A DNA stretch of 64,000 nucleotides. Source: Candidatus Bathyarchaeia archaeon (GTDB taxonomy: Archaea > Thermoproteota > Bathyarchaeia > 40CM-2-53-6 > CALIRQ01). The stretch spans positions 4,908 through 68,907 of the forward strand of contig JAWBRV010000003.1 of NCBI GenBank assembly GCA_038843675.1. Direction: 5' to 3'. The notes under the pieces are model-generated. The model ran no database searches. It had not been told where the DNA came from and was given only the letters and a program-made list of their open reading frames with translations. Below are positions 34,632-44,742 of this stretch, in pieces. The position numbers and the translations under genes are program-made. Numbering within the stretch: the first letter of the stretch is position 1; the number at the start of each line of letters is the position of its first letter.

Positions 34632-37600
34632 ATGGTCCATATAAAAAGGATCACGATCAAGGGCTTCAAGACGTTCGGCAAGAAGACCACGATATCGCTG
34701 GAGAAGGGGCTCACGATAATCACGGGGCCGAACGGCTCCGGGAAGAGCAACATAATGGATTCGATAAAGTTCGCCTTGGGGGAGTTGAGCCCAAGGGAGC
34801 TGAGGGGCGCCACTATATCCGATGTTATACATAAGAGCCAGAGGGCCTCCGCCGGATCCGCTTACGTCTCATTACAATTCGAAAACCTCGATAGGAGAAT
34901 ACCAGTTGATTCCGATATAGTAACGATCTCTAGGGAGTACAGCGGAGGAGGGGAAGGGGTCTATAGGCTGAACGGAAGGAAGATCTCGAGGAAGTACCTA
35001 ATGGATCTGCTATCATCCGCGAATATAATGGCGACCGGTCATAACATGATCCCCCAACATAGCGTCACGAGGATAGCCGAGTTATCCCCTGAGGAACGTA
35101 TGAAGATCATAGCGGATATCGTCGGCATAGGAGTTTACGATGAGAAGAAGAAGGAGGCGGAGGTCCACCTGCAGAAGGCGGAGATAAACATAAGGATCGC
35201 GTCCGCCAAGGTGGCGGAGGTCAGGCAGAGGGTAGAATCCCTGGAGAGGGAGAGGAACGATTACATTAGGCATTCCTTCATAAAGGGCGAGGTTTCAAGG
35301 CTCAAGGCCATGCTAGCCTCCTCCGAGATTAACGGGATCGAGAGCGAGATCCGGCCATTGGAGCTTGAATTGGCCGAGCTCAATAGGAAGCTGAGCGAGC
35401 TGAGGGCGAGGAGAGCCGAATTGGCCTCTAGGAAATCCGGGATCGAGGCGAAGAGGAGGGCCTTGGATGAGCTCTCGGTGAATGGTAACGAAAACCTCTT
35501 CCGGCTGGAGAGGGAGATCTCGGACCTCGGCAACTCCATATCCGCTCTCTCCGCGGAGATCGGCGTAAATGCTTCGAGGATCCGGGGGATGGAGGAGGAG
35601 ATAAAATCATTGGAGGCCAAGCGGGCATCCCTCCTAGGTTCGATCCAAGGGCTCGCTGGGCGATATCGGGACCTCCTCGCCAAGAGGAGGAAATTGGGAT
35701 CCAAGATCGAGGGCCTCCTGTCGGAGTTGCTGGCCTTGAATGAGGAGGCGAAGGCCATGGAGGAAGGCATGGGCAGGGATGAGGGCCTCCTTAAGGAACT
35801 CGGGGAGAGGAGGAGGTCCTTGGAAGTGAAGCTGGCCAACTTGGACTCCAAGATCGAGGGCGCCATGAGAGAGCTCGACTCCATTGGGAGGAGGCTCTCC
35901 TCGCTAGATGATAGGAAAAGGGCCCTCGAATCCATGAAGGCCTCCCTATTGGCCAGCCGCGAAAGGGCATCGGGATTGGCCGAGGCGTTAGAACTTGAGA
36001 TGGGGGGGATCCGAGAGGGGCTCATGAGGATGAAGAGGGAGATTGAGAGGATCGAGGCGGAGGTGGGCAGGGCCGAGGAGGTCCTAGACGAGGCTAAGGT
36101 GGCGCTGGCGGAGTTAAGCGCTAAATTCCAACGCAAGCTCGGCTCATCGGCCATCCGGGGTATCGAGGAATTGGCCCGCTTGGGCCTGCTGGATGGCTTC
36201 TTGGGGAAGCTGTCGGATCTCATCGAATATGGCGATGAATACGGGAAGGCCATTGAGGCCGCCTCCGATGGTTGGTTGGATGCCATAGTGGTTAGTGATT
36301 TGGGGGCCGCCGTGGCATGCATCGAGAAATCGCGGCGCTATGGGATCGGCGGGATGAAGCTGATACCTCTGCGGAACTTGGCCACGAGAGGAAATTCTCT
36401 CCCAAGGCTCCCGGGGTTCATCCAACCTTTATCGGAGCTGATAAAATGCGATGAGGCCCTAAGGCCGGCCGTCGAGTTCGTCTTCGGGGATACAGTGCTG
36501 ATAAATTCCAAGGCCGCGGCCGCCTATTGCTATTCGAAGGGGATAAGGGCCGTTACGAAGAATGGGAGCCTCTACGAGCCCGGCGGCGGCCTCTCGAGCG
36601 GATTGGATGGGGGTACGAGGCCCGGATCCTCGACCGAGGCCTTGAGGATGGAGAGGGAGCTGAGGCATCGCCTCGAGGGGCTTGAGAGGGCCATCGGGAT
36701 GAGTAGGAGGAGAAGAGACGCGTTGGCCAAGGCGATGGAGGAGATATTGGAGCGAAAATCCATGATTGAAGCCTCCTTGAAGTCCTCCCAGAGGGAATTG
36801 GAGGGGATCAATGCCGGTATCGGCCGCATAGAATTGGCTTTGAGGGCGATCGAGAAGGAGATGGGGGACTTGAGGATCGCAAAGGCGAACCTCGAGGCTA
36901 GGCTTGGGGAACTATCGAGGGAGAGGGAAACAGCATTGGAGGAGCTCGAAAGGGTGAGGGGGGAGATGGCTAGGATCGACGATCCAATCCGCCGCCGGAC
37001 CATGCTCGAATTGAGGGCGAGGATTGAGGGGATCTCAAGGGAACTGGAGCTTGCAAAGGGGGAATGCGCAAAGGTGGAGAGGGAGATGATGGACTTGGAG
37101 TACTCCATCAAGGGTAGCGCTAAGGAGATGGCGGAGGCCTCGAGGAGGATGGGCTCATTAAGAGCGGAGATATTGGGCATCGGATCCGAAATCGAAAGGA
37201 TCAAGGAAAGGAAGGGGGCTCTCCAAGGGGAGCTCGATGCCCTTAGGGCCAAGAGGATCGAATTGATAAAATCCATGGAATCGATCGCCTCCGAAAGGCG
37301 GGCTTTGGAGATCGAGCTCGGCGATCTGGAAGGGGAGATATCGAATATCTCCGAATCGATGGAGAAGATCGAAGGATCCATCAGGGAGCTGGATAGGAGC
37401 ATTCAGGAGAGGAGGAATAGGATCGAGTTGCTCCGGATTCGATTGAGGGACCTCGGATACGATTCACCCTTGGCCATCGAGGGGTCGGATGTGCAAGCCC
37501 TCCAAATGGAGATGGAGGCACTTGAAGCGGAGCTTGAGCGGATCGGGTTGGTGAACCAGTTGGCCATAATCCATTATGAGGAACAGAAGAACAATTACAA

Positions 37601-38141
37601 GCAACTCTCCACCAAGATAGCGGAGCTGGAGATGGAGAAAGCCTCCATATTGAGATTCATGGCGGAGCTTGAGGAGAAGAAGCTCGCCACATTCCTCTCG
37701 GCCTTCGAGAAGATATCGCAAAACTTCCAAGAGATATTCCGGAGGATGACAGGCGGGGAGGGGAGGCTAATCTTGGAGAACCCGGAGAACCCCTTTGAGG
37801 GCGGGGTGGATATATCGGCCAAGTTCCCGGGCAAGGCCGAGCTCTCGATAGGGAGCGCCAGCGGCGGGGAGAAATCCGTCGCCACGGTTTGCTTCATCCT
37901 AGCGTTGCAGGCCTTCCGCCCGGTGCCCTTTTACGCCTTCGATGAAATAGATGCGCATCTGGACCCATTAAATTCGCAAAAACTTGCCGAAATATTGAAG
38001 GAGCGCTCCAAGGATTCTCAATTCATAGTTATAACCCTCAGGGACTCAATGATATCCGCCGGGGATAAGGTCTATGGGGTATATCTGAAGGATGGCGTAT
38101 CGAATGTGGTTTGCTTGCCCAAGATCGATGGCGGCGGCTAG
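34632..38141 (+). CDS. smc: SMC chromosome segregation ATPase
   Basis: Walker A GPNGSGKSN, a long coiled-coil, a hinge, then signature LSGGEKS and Walker B/D-loop at the C-terminus. 1169 aa. Confidence 0.9.
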   Translation: MVHIKRITIKGFKTFGKKTTISLEKGLTIITGPNGSGKSNIMDSIKFALGELSPRELRGATISDVIHKSQRASAGSAYVSLQFENLDRRIPVDSDIVTISREYSGGGEGVYRLNGRKISRKYLMDLLSSANIMATGHNMIPQHSVTRIAELSPEERMKIIADIVGIGVYDEKKKEAEVHLQKAEINIRIASAKVAEVRQRVESLERERNDYIRHSFIKGEVSRLKAMLASSEINGIESEIRPLELELAELNRKLSELRARRAELASRKSGIEAKRRALDELSVNGNENLFRLEREISDLGNSISALSAEIGVNASRIRGMEEEIKSLEAKRASLLGSIQGLAGRYRDLLAKRRKLGSKIEGLLSELLALNEEAKAMEEGMGRDEGLLKELGERRRSLEVKLANLDSKIEGAMRELDSIGRRLSSLDDRKRALESMKASLLASRERASGLAEALELEMGGIREGLMRMKREIERIEAEVGRAEEVLDEAKVALAELSAKFQRKLGSSAIRGIEELARLGLLDGFLGKLSDLIEYGDEYGKAIEAASDGWLDAIVVSDLGAAVACIEKSRRYGIGGMKLIPLRNLATRGNSLPRLPGFIQPLSELIKCDEALRPAVEFVFGDTVLINSKAAAAYCYSKGIRAVTKNGSLYEPGGGLSSGLDGGTRPGSSTEALRMERELRHRLEGLERAIGMSRRRRDALAKAMEEILERKSMIEASLKSSQRELEGINAGIGRIELALRAIEKEMGDLRIAKANLEARLGELSRERETALEELERVRGEMARIDDPIRRRTMLELRARIEGISRELELAKGECAKVEREMMDLEYSIKGSAKEMAEASRRMGSLRAEILGIGSEIERIKERKGALQGELDALRAKRIELIKSMESIASERRALEIELGDLEGEISNISESMEKIEGSIRELDRSIQERRNRIELLRIRLRDLGYDSPLAIEGSDVQALQMEMEALEAELERIGLVNQLAIIHYEEQKNNYKQLSTKIAELEMEKASILRFMAELEEKKLATFLSAFEKISQNFQEIFRRMTGGEGRLILENPENPFEGGVDISAKFPGKAELSIGSASGGEKSVATVCFILALQAFRPVPFYAFDEIDAHLDPLNSQKLAEILKERSKDSQFIVITLRDSMISAGDKVYGVYLKDGVSNVVCLPKIDGGG

Positions 38142-38273
38142 CGCCCCATGATCTAACCGGCGAAGACCGGGAGCGAATTTACCAACGCATCCCGCCCGGT
38201 CATCGGAAAGGCTGAAATATTTGCCCTCGGGACAAGAGCATCGCCTGGGCCAATCCGCGGACGGTGGGAAAAG

Positions 38274-38945
38274 ATGTTTGGCAAACCCTTCTGGCTGAAC
38301 CCCCCCTACGCCTTGCTCTTCGACCTAGTCCGCCTCCATAGGCTCAGGCCTTGGGACGTCAAGATAGCCGAGCTTCTCAACTCCTTCTTGGAGGAGATGA
38401 GGAATCGCGGGTCTATCGACTTCTACGCATCCGCTATAGCCCTCCTCTCCTCCTCCATAATCCATAGGATGAAATCCGAGCTGATCCTCAAGATGGAGGA
38501 GCCCCCGAGGCCTCCCCCAAATCCCGAATCCGAAATGGAGCGGATCCCGCTGCCGCCCCCCCTCCCATTGCCCCTTAAATTCGAATATGCTACGATCCCG
38601 ATTGAGGAGATCCTGAGGTCCTTGAGGGACGTGCTCCTAGATGAATCCTTATTGCTATCCGCGAGGGGGGGCCCAAGCTTTCCGCAGGCCAGCCCGCCAT
38701 CGATAGACGAGTTTTTGGTAAATATAGAAAAGAGGATATCCGAATTTTACAATGTGCTCATCGGGCTATATAGGGAACTTGGGGAGAGCATATCGTTCCT
38801 GAGGCTGATCAGCGGGCTCGGGCCATTGGAGGCCATAAGGAGATTCATAATGTTGCTATTCTTGGCCAACGAGGGCAAGGTCGAGCTATTTCAGGAGGAT
38901 GGCATCGGGGATATAAGGATAATCCCGAGGATCGAAGCCGGTTGA
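38274..38945 (+). CDS. scpA: Segregation and condensation protein A (kleisin)
   Basis: Kleisin N-terminus (LLFDLVRLHRLRPWDVKIAEL) and a winged-helix C-terminus. Immediately downstream of smc. Confidence 0.8.
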   Translation: MFGKPFWLNPPYALLFDLVRLHRLRPWDVKIAELLNSFLEEMRNRGSIDFYASAIALLSSSIIHRMKSELILKMEEPPRPPPNPESEMERIPLPPPLPLPLKFEYATIPIEEILRSLRDVLLDESLLLSARGGPSFPQASPPSIDEFLVNIEKRISEFYNVLIGLYRELGESISFLRLISGLGPLEAIRRFIMLLFLANEGKVELFQEDGIGDIRIIPRIEAG

Positions 38946-39502
38946 AGGGCCGCCCAGATTCCAAGGACCCCGTGGCCCTGATCGAAGCCGCCCTTTACGT
39001 TAGCGGCCGCCCCTTGGAGATAAGCGCCCTCTCCAAGCTGGTTGGGAGGCCCGAGGGGGAGGTTAGGGGCCTCATCGAAAAGTTGGCGGAGAGATACGAT
39101 AGCTCGGGGAGCCCCATCCAGATCTTGAGGCTCTCGAATGATAGATATGTGATGCAACTGCGGCCAGAGTACGTGGAGTATGTTAAGAGGTTCTCGAACA
39201 AGAGGCTTTTGACCTTGGGGCCCCTGAGGTCGCTCTCGCTCATAGCCATTAGGCAACCGATTACGCAGGCCTATTTGGTCAAGGTTAGAGGGAAGCTCGC
39301 GTATCAACATGTGAAGAAGTTGAAGGAGATGGAACTAGTGGAGGAGGAGAGGATGGGGCGGACCAAGATCCTGCGGACGACTAGGATGTTCTCGGATATG
39401 TTCAACCTGAGCTATGACCTACCGACCATGAAAAGGCAATTGAAGGCCCTGCTGGGAGATAAAGCGGCCCAAGGGGGACAGGGCGTTAAAGAAAAATCTT
39501 AA
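38942..39502 (+). CDS. scpB: Segregation and condensation protein B
   Basis: Tandem wH ScpB motifs (ALIEAALYVSGRPLEISAL...). Overlaps the scpA stop. Confidence 0.8.
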   Translation: MKGRPDSKDPVALIEAALYVSGRPLEISALSKLVGRPEGEVRGLIEKLAERYDSSGSPIQILRLSNDRYVMQLRPEYVEYVKRFSNKRLLTLGPLRSLSLIAIRQPITQAYLVKVRGKLAYQHVKKLKEMELVEEERMGRTKILRTTRMFSDMFNLSYDLPTMKRQLKALLGDKAAQGGQGVKEKS

Positions 39503-39537
39503 ATCCCGCGCCCCGAACCGGGGATCGGGGCTTCGAT

Positions 39538-39930
39538 ATGTCGATGTGGCACGGCGACCTCCATAAGAGGAAGAAGACCGGCGGGAGGAGGAAGCCGTTC
39601 CGCGGCAAGAGGGCATTCGAGAGGGGCGGGCCCCCCTCCGAAACACGCCTCGGTGAGAGGAAATCCGTGAAGAGGAGGACGAGGGGGGGCGGCCTTAAGG
39701 TAAAGCTTCTTTCAACGAACGTTGCGAACGTCGTGGATACCTCCACCGGGAAATGCCAACTCGTTGAGATTAAGGGCGTGGTTAAGAATCCGGCCAATGT
39801 GGATTATCAACGTCGCGGTATAATAACAAAGGGCGCTATAATCTCCACGCCCTTGGGGAAGGCGAAGGTGACCTCGAGGCCGGGCCAAGACGGCGTGCTG
39901 AACGCAGTGCTCCTGAAGGATTTGGAATGA
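39538..39930 (+). CDS. rps8e: 30S ribosomal protein S8e
   Basis: MSMWHGDLHKRKKTGGRRKPFRGKR is the N-terminal signature of S8e. Confidence 0.85.
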   Translation: MSMWHGDLHKRKKTGGRRKPFRGKRAFERGGPPSETRLGERKSVKRRTRGGGLKVKLLSTNVANVVDTSTGKCQLVEIKGVVKNPANVDYQRRGIITKGAIISTPLGKAKVTSRPGQDGVLNAVLLKDLE

Positions 39931-39956
39931 AACTCCCTCCGGGATAGGCTTGGATC

Positions 39957-40250
39957 ATGAAGAGACCCGGGAAGATGGTCATCTGGCTGGAAAACCTCAA
40001 CTCATCCAAGAGCAGGGGACAGGGCAGGAAGATCCCGAAGAGCTTGGCCATAGATTCTCCAACATTGGAGGAGCTTGAGAGGGCCTCCTTGGAGTTGGGG
40101 CTCAAGGTAGATTCGAAGGAGCGCGCCTCTAGGCCTAGGAGCTGGTGGGAGAGGAGCGGGTATTTGATCGTGGACAGGGGCGGGAGGCCTAGATCGGAGA
40201 TCCTGAGGAGCTTGGCGATCGCCATTCGGAGGATGCGGGGAGGCACCTAG
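39957..40250 (+). CDS. srp19: Signal recognition particle protein SRP19
   Basis: 97 aa. The (M)VIWLENLNS...SR..GR.IPK start and the conserved archaeal S8e-SRP19 adjacency. Confidence 0.7.
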   Translation: MKRPGKMVIWLENLNSSKSRGQGRKIPKSLAIDSPTLEELERASLELGLKVDSKERASRPRSWWERSGYLIVDRGGRPRSEILRSLAIAIRRMRGGT

Positions 40251-40639
40251 GACGGGGCGATCCTCTTGAGGACCTCCTCGCCCCTTTTCAGATCCGAGAG
40301 CTTCATGACGATTGAACCGTTCTCGGCCAAGGCCCCATAGGCATATTGTATATTGATCCCATTCCTCCCAAGCTCGGTCGAGAGCTTGAGGAGGAGGTCT
40401 TGGTCGACCGATCCCAAGACTAGGACTTCGCTCTCGGAAACCACGAAGGAGTCCCTCATTAGGCGCTCCTTTCCGCGATCCGGATCATTTAGCAGCAAAT
40501 GGATTATCCCGAACTCGCCGGCATCCGCTATCATGAAGGCCTCAACGCATACCCCCCTATCCCTAAGCGCCTCCAAGACCTTCGATAGCCTCCCTGGCTT
40601 GTTTTCGACGAAGACTGAGATCTGCCTCCTTATCCTCAA
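40247..40639 (-). CDS. ACT-domain protein
   Basis: Two ACT-like beta-alpha-beta-beta-alpha-beta modules (ISVFVENKPGRLSKVLEAL...). Confidence 0.65.
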   Translation of the reverse strand: MRIRRQISVFVENKPGRLSKVLEALRDRGVCVEAFMIADAGEFGIIHLLLNDPDRGKERLMRDSFVVSESEVLVLGSVDQDLLLKLSTELGRNGINIQYAYGALAENGSIVMKLSDLKRGEEVLKRIAPS

Positions 40640-41976
40640 TCCGCTGGCCTCCGGTCCAAGATCCTGACGGCCTTCCCCTCAGCCCTAGGCAAGGAGCCCG
40701 GCTCCGCGAGCTCCACGATCAAGCGGAGCCCTAGGACGTTCTCGAGCTCGGAGGCTATCCTCTCCCTCAGCTCCACTAGGTCCTTTAACTCCCCTTTGAA
40801 TATGTCCCCCGTGACCTCGATCCTTACCTTCAATTCGTCCATGTGGCCCCTCTTTTCAACCACTATCTGGTAATTGTTCCCGACCCCCGGCATCCTCATG
40901 AGGACGTGCTCTATTTGGCTCGGGAAGACATTGACCCCCCTTATCTTTATCATATCATCGGTCCGCCCCTTTATCCACGATATCCTCCTATGAGCCCTGC
41001 CGCATTCGCATACATCGTCATCTAGGATCATCGCTATATCCCTGGTCCTGTACCTGATCAACGGCATGGCCTCCCTTGAGAGGGTCGTTATGACCAGCTC
41101 CCCCTCCTCGCTAGGGGGGAGGCTCTCGCCCGTCTTCGGATCGATTACCTCCACGATGAAATGATCCGACCAAACGTGGAGCCCATCCTGAGCGATGCAC
41201 TCGAACGCTACCCCAGGGCCCCCGACCTCCGATAGCCCATAGGAGTTGAAGACCATACAACCGAATAGCTCCTCGAGCTTCTCCCTAGTGCCCTCGGACC
41301 AAGATTCGGCACCGCAGCTTATCGTCTTGACCCTTAGGTCCCTGCTGGGGTCGATGCCCATTTCGATGGCCGTCTCCCCCAAATAGAGCGCATAGGAGGG
41401 TATGCTCGTGAAGGCAGTGACCCCGAAGTCCTTCATCAGCTTGATCTGCCTCTTCGTTCCGCCCGTTGAGGAGGGCACCACTTTTGCGCCTATCAGCTCG
41501 GCCCCATAATGGAACCCGAGGCCCCCCGTGAATAGGCCATATCCCAATATTACTTGGAATACGTCCTCCGAGGTCACGCCGGTCATGGTGAGGCATCTCG
41601 CGATGCAATTGGCCCATATTTCCAAATCCCTCTTGGTATAGGCCACCACGGTCGGGTTCCCGGTCGTCCCGGAAGACGTGTGGATCCTCACGACCTTCGA
41701 GAATGGGACCGCCAAGAGGCCGAAGGGGTAATTGTCCCTTAGGTCCTCCTTCGTGGTAAATGGGAGCTTTCCCAAATCGTCTATGGATCTTATGGAATCG
41801 GGCCCTATTCCCCTATCCCGCAACAGCCTCCTATAAAAGGGGCTCCCCTCATATACCCTCTTTATGAGCCCCCTCAGCCTTTCGTTCTGAACCTCCTCTA
41901 TTTGCTTTGGACTCAGCCTCTCGGCCTCTGGCTCCCAGAAGGCGTTCTTTATCAATTCGCCCTTTGTCAGCCCCAT
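40636..41976 (-). CDS. paaK: Phenylacetate-CoA ligase (PaaK / F390-synthetase family)
   Basis: Adenylation motifs SSGTTGNPTVV, YGLSE and the PaaK-specific C-terminal domain. Confidence 0.85.
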   Translation of the reverse strand: MGLTKGELIKNAFWEPEAERLSPKQIEEVQNERLRGLIKRVYEGSPFYRRLLRDRGIGPDSIRSIDDLGKLPFTTKEDLRDNYPFGLLAVPFSKVVRIHTSSGTTGNPTVVAYTKRDLEIWANCIARCLTMTGVTSEDVFQVILGYGLFTGGLGFHYGAELIGAKVVPSSTGGTKRQIKLMKDFGVTAFTSIPSYALYLGETAIEMGIDPSRDLRVKTISCGAESWSEGTREKLEELFGCMVFNSYGLSEVGGPGVAFECIAQDGLHVWSDHFIVEVIDPKTGESLPPSEEGELVITTLSREAMPLIRYRTRDIAMILDDDVCECGRAHRRISWIKGRTDDMIKIRGVNVFPSQIEHVLMRMPGVGNNYQIVVEKRGHMDELKVRIEVTGDIFKGELKDLVELRERIASELENVLGLRLIVELAEPGSLPRAEGKAVRILDRRPAD

Positions 41977-43586
41977 TATTTGCCAGCCCGCCTCAGGAAC
42001 GGCCCGGTTAGGCTATCCTCGATGACCCTCTCCGGCGGCCTCTTGGTCGCCAAGCTAACCGCCACGAAGACCAAGGAGCTCGTTATGAATCCGAGGACCG
42101 CGTAATAGAATGGAAACCGGAATCCAAGCGGGGGAGGCCATATCCCGCCCCCGTCTATTATGCCGGCGACGACCGTGGACAAGAATCCGGATAACATCCC
42201 ACCGATGCAGCCCTCCCTGGTTCCCCTCCTCCAGAAGAGGCCTCCCACGAGGACCACGAACCACGTGGAGAACATCATGCCCAATGCCGCCCATATGAGC
42301 CAAGCGATCAATGCGGGAGGGGATAGCGCCGCCAATATCGTCAGGCAGCCCACTATCGCCACGACCGCCCTGCCTATGAGCATGATCGCCCTATCGCTAG
42401 CCCTTGGGTTGAGGAGGTTCTTGTAAAGGTCCCAAGAGAAGTTCGTCCCTATGGTCAATAGGAGCCTATCCGTTGTTGACATCACCGCGGCCAATATAAC
42501 CACCGCGAACAGCCCCCAGAGCATCGGCGGCACGGCGAACTCGATCATGACCGGGAGCACCATATCGGACCACTTCGCCCCAGGGACCACCGGATGGCTG
42601 GGTATATCGATTAGCCCCTTGCTCCAAGCCACCCTGCCGGCTATCCCCATCAATTTCGTCGAAGAAAGCACTATAGCGCCGAGTATGAACCCCGCGAGGG
42701 GCCCCCATTTTATGCATTTCGCATCCCTGAATGCGAATACGTTATTTATTATATGGGGCGCGACGCTGAGCCCTAGGAAGACCGATAGCCCAAAGAGCGT
42801 GAGGTTATAGAGGGGGGTCGTGAGGAACTCGAAACTCCCGAATGGCATATCCAGCCCCGGAGGTTTGAAGGGCCCTATGGGCTTGACGGTGCCAAGGGCC
42901 TCGTTCATGGATGCGAAGCCGCCGACGGAGCCCAATATTGGGGGCAGCATTAGGACCACTCCGATCACCAATATGAGGCCTTGGAAAAGAGTTGTCCAAG
43001 CGACCGCGAACAGCCCGCCCGCCATCACATATAGTATCACTATGGCCCCGGTGAGGAGCAACCCTTGCCAATATTCCCAACCCATTAGCACCTTTAATAC
43101 TATGCCTATGGCCACGTATTGCCCTATTAGGTATACTGCGGAAACGAATATCGATATTAGGCCCGATATCCCCCTAACCAACTTCGCGTCATAATACCTG
43201 AAGGCCAAATAATCCTGTAGGGTCGCGAACCCGAGCCTCCTTCCGACAGCATTCAGCTTAGGCCCGTATATGGCTGTGCATATCGCTATGGAGAGCGGGA
43301 CTGCCAGCTGTTCCCACCAAGTCTGATAGGCCGCTTGGAATCCCAGCCCGGCGACCCCCATGGCCGTCATCCCGCTCATGAGGGAGCCCGCCATCAACAA
43401 TACGTAGAGCCAGAAGCTTAACCCCCTTCCGGCGGTTGCGAAATCCAAGGCCGTCTTGACCTTTTTGGAGAAGGCCAACCCTATGGCCAACATGATGGCC
43501 AAATATATCGCTATCGAGAGCAATACAATCTCGGCCCTTCCCATGCTCATGCGCGCTCCCCCTCCGCCTCGAACCAAAGGCCCCAA
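41976..43586 (-). CDS. Sodium:solute symporter family transporter
   Basis: 13-14 TM helices and SSS family conservation. Probable start MSMGRAEIV. Confidence 0.8.
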   Translation of the reverse strand: MGPLVRGGGGARMSMGRAEIVLLSIAIYLAIMLAIGLAFSKKVKTALDFATAGRGLSFWLYVLLMAGSLMSGMTAMGVAGLGFQAAYQTWWEQLAVPLSIAICTAIYGPKLNAVGRRLGFATLQDYLAFRYYDAKLVRGISGLISIFVSAVYLIGQYVAIGIVLKVLMGWEYWQGLLLTGAIVILYVMAGGLFAVAWTTLFQGLILVIGVVLMLPPILGSVGGFASMNEALGTVKPIGPFKPPGLDMPFGSFEFLTTPLYNLTLFGLSVFLGLSVAPHIINNVFAFRDAKCIKWGPLAGFILGAIVLSSTKLMGIAGRVAWSKGLIDIPSHPVVPGAKWSDMVLPVMIEFAVPPMLWGLFAVVILAAVMSTTDRLLLTIGTNFSWDLYKNLLNPRASDRAIMLIGRAVVAIVGCLTILAALSPPALIAWLIWAALGMMFSTWFVVLVGGLFWRRGTREGCIGGMLSGFLSTVVAGIIDGGGIWPPPLGFRFPFYYAVLGFITSSLVFVAVSLATKRPPERVIEDSLTGPFLRRAGK

Positions 43587-43822
43587 GCGATCAGGGCCAA
43601 GGTTATCAGCGCGGGCAACCCAAAAACCACGAAGGCCGTTATCAAGGGTAGGCCTAAAATCCTTTCCAAATAAGCCACCTCCTGAGAGTTGTTTTCAAGC
43701 TCGGAGGCCGTCCCGCGGGAAGTCCCGAGAGGATTATTCCGAATATAGTCCCCACTATCCCCTCGAATACTCCAAAAACATCTTCGGGGGAAGTGGGGCT
43801 CAGCTTCGATGCGCGCTGCCAC
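43547..43822 (-). CDS. Small membrane protein upstream of and overlapping the SSS transporter (putative SSS small subunit)
   Basis: 91 aa with a single C-terminal TM helix (LITAFVVFGLPALITLALIAWGLWF). The position is analogous to DUF4212/YjcH-type small subunits. Confidence 0.3.
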   Translation of the reverse strand: MAARIEAEPHFPRRCFWSIRGDSGDYIRNNPLGTSRGTASELENNSQEVAYLERILGLPLITAFVVFGLPALITLALIAWGLWFEAEGERA

Positions 43823-44098
43823 TATGGAGGCTATTCGTATAAACTAAATCCCCTCGAAACTCCCTGCGCATCGCCCAACCTCCGCGCATAGTTGGCGGTT
43901 GCAAGGCCATATATAAAATTTATTCGAAAAGCAGCGCGATGTTGATAAGATCAACCCCCTCCGCTTGCGAATTTTGAAATATTGGGAATAGGCGCGCGAG
44001 CCCTCGATATCTCATCGATGCTCGATTAAAAAATTCTTGAAAAGATTTATAATTTGTATTTATAAGCTTTTTTCAGATGATAAACTGGATGATGCAAA

Positions 44099-44692
44099 AT
44101 GTTATCTATCCAATGGGCCTCCTTAGGATCCGTTATTCAAAGGGGCTGCCGCGCGATGTCCCAAAGGCCGGCCGATATCTGGTCTGCGCATGTTTACGCT
44201 GCGCTCGGGGTACTCTCCTATCTCTTCGGATTCCTCATATCCCTCGGCATATGCGTATGGTTCTGGTGGGCCTATTGGCCCTACCTTTACTCGGATATGA
44301 CCATATGGTGGTGGCCCGTCATAACGATCCCGGTTTATTACATAGCCGCTGGGATCACGGCTTGGACACTCTTCGGACTCATAATTTTCCTGCTGGTCTA
44401 TATAACCACCCTCAAGAGGATCGATGAGGGGAGGTTCGAGTCGGCCAAGACACCATGCCTCTTCTGGGCGATAGTGAGCCTCTTGACTGGCTCCCTCTTT
44501 GCCTCCATATTCTTCTTCTTGGCTTATACGAAGGCGGGGGAGCTCACGGCCAAGTACGGGCCCATCGCTATCCCGGCCTTGCTCGTCCCAACGCCTCCCC
44601 CCATCCAAACATGCCCCAATTGTGGCAACCCATTAACCTACGATGCCAAGGCCGGGCGCTGGTACTGCGGGGTTTGCTCCGTTCACCTATAA
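44099..44692 (+). CDS. Polytopic membrane protein with a C-terminal Zn-ribbon (CPNCG...CGVC)
   Basis: Four W/Y-rich hydrophobic helices followed by CPNCGNPLTYDAKAGRWYCGVC. Preceded by a 270-bp AT-rich promoter-like region (43823-44098). Confidence 0.5.
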   Translation: MLSIQWASLGSVIQRGCRAMSQRPADIWSAHVYAALGVLSYLFGFLISLGICVWFWWAYWPYLYSDMTIWWWPVITIPVYYIAAGITAWTLFGLIIFLLVYITTLKRIDEGRFESAKTPCLFWAIVSLLTGSLFASIFFFLAYTKAGELTAKYGPIAIPALLVPTPPPIQTCPNCGNPLTYDAKAGRWYCGVCSVHL

Positions 44693-44742
44693 AGGGGAAA
44701 AGCCCATAAGCGGCAGCATCGATAACTAAAGCGGGGGCTGAA

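Noticed and set aside
35261-37402. Long minus-strand ORFs (35261..36322, 36572..37402) inside smc
   Set aside because: Ser/Leu/Ala low-complexity translations typical of antisense frames of a GAG/AAG-rich coiled-coil gene. smc on the + strand is unambiguous.
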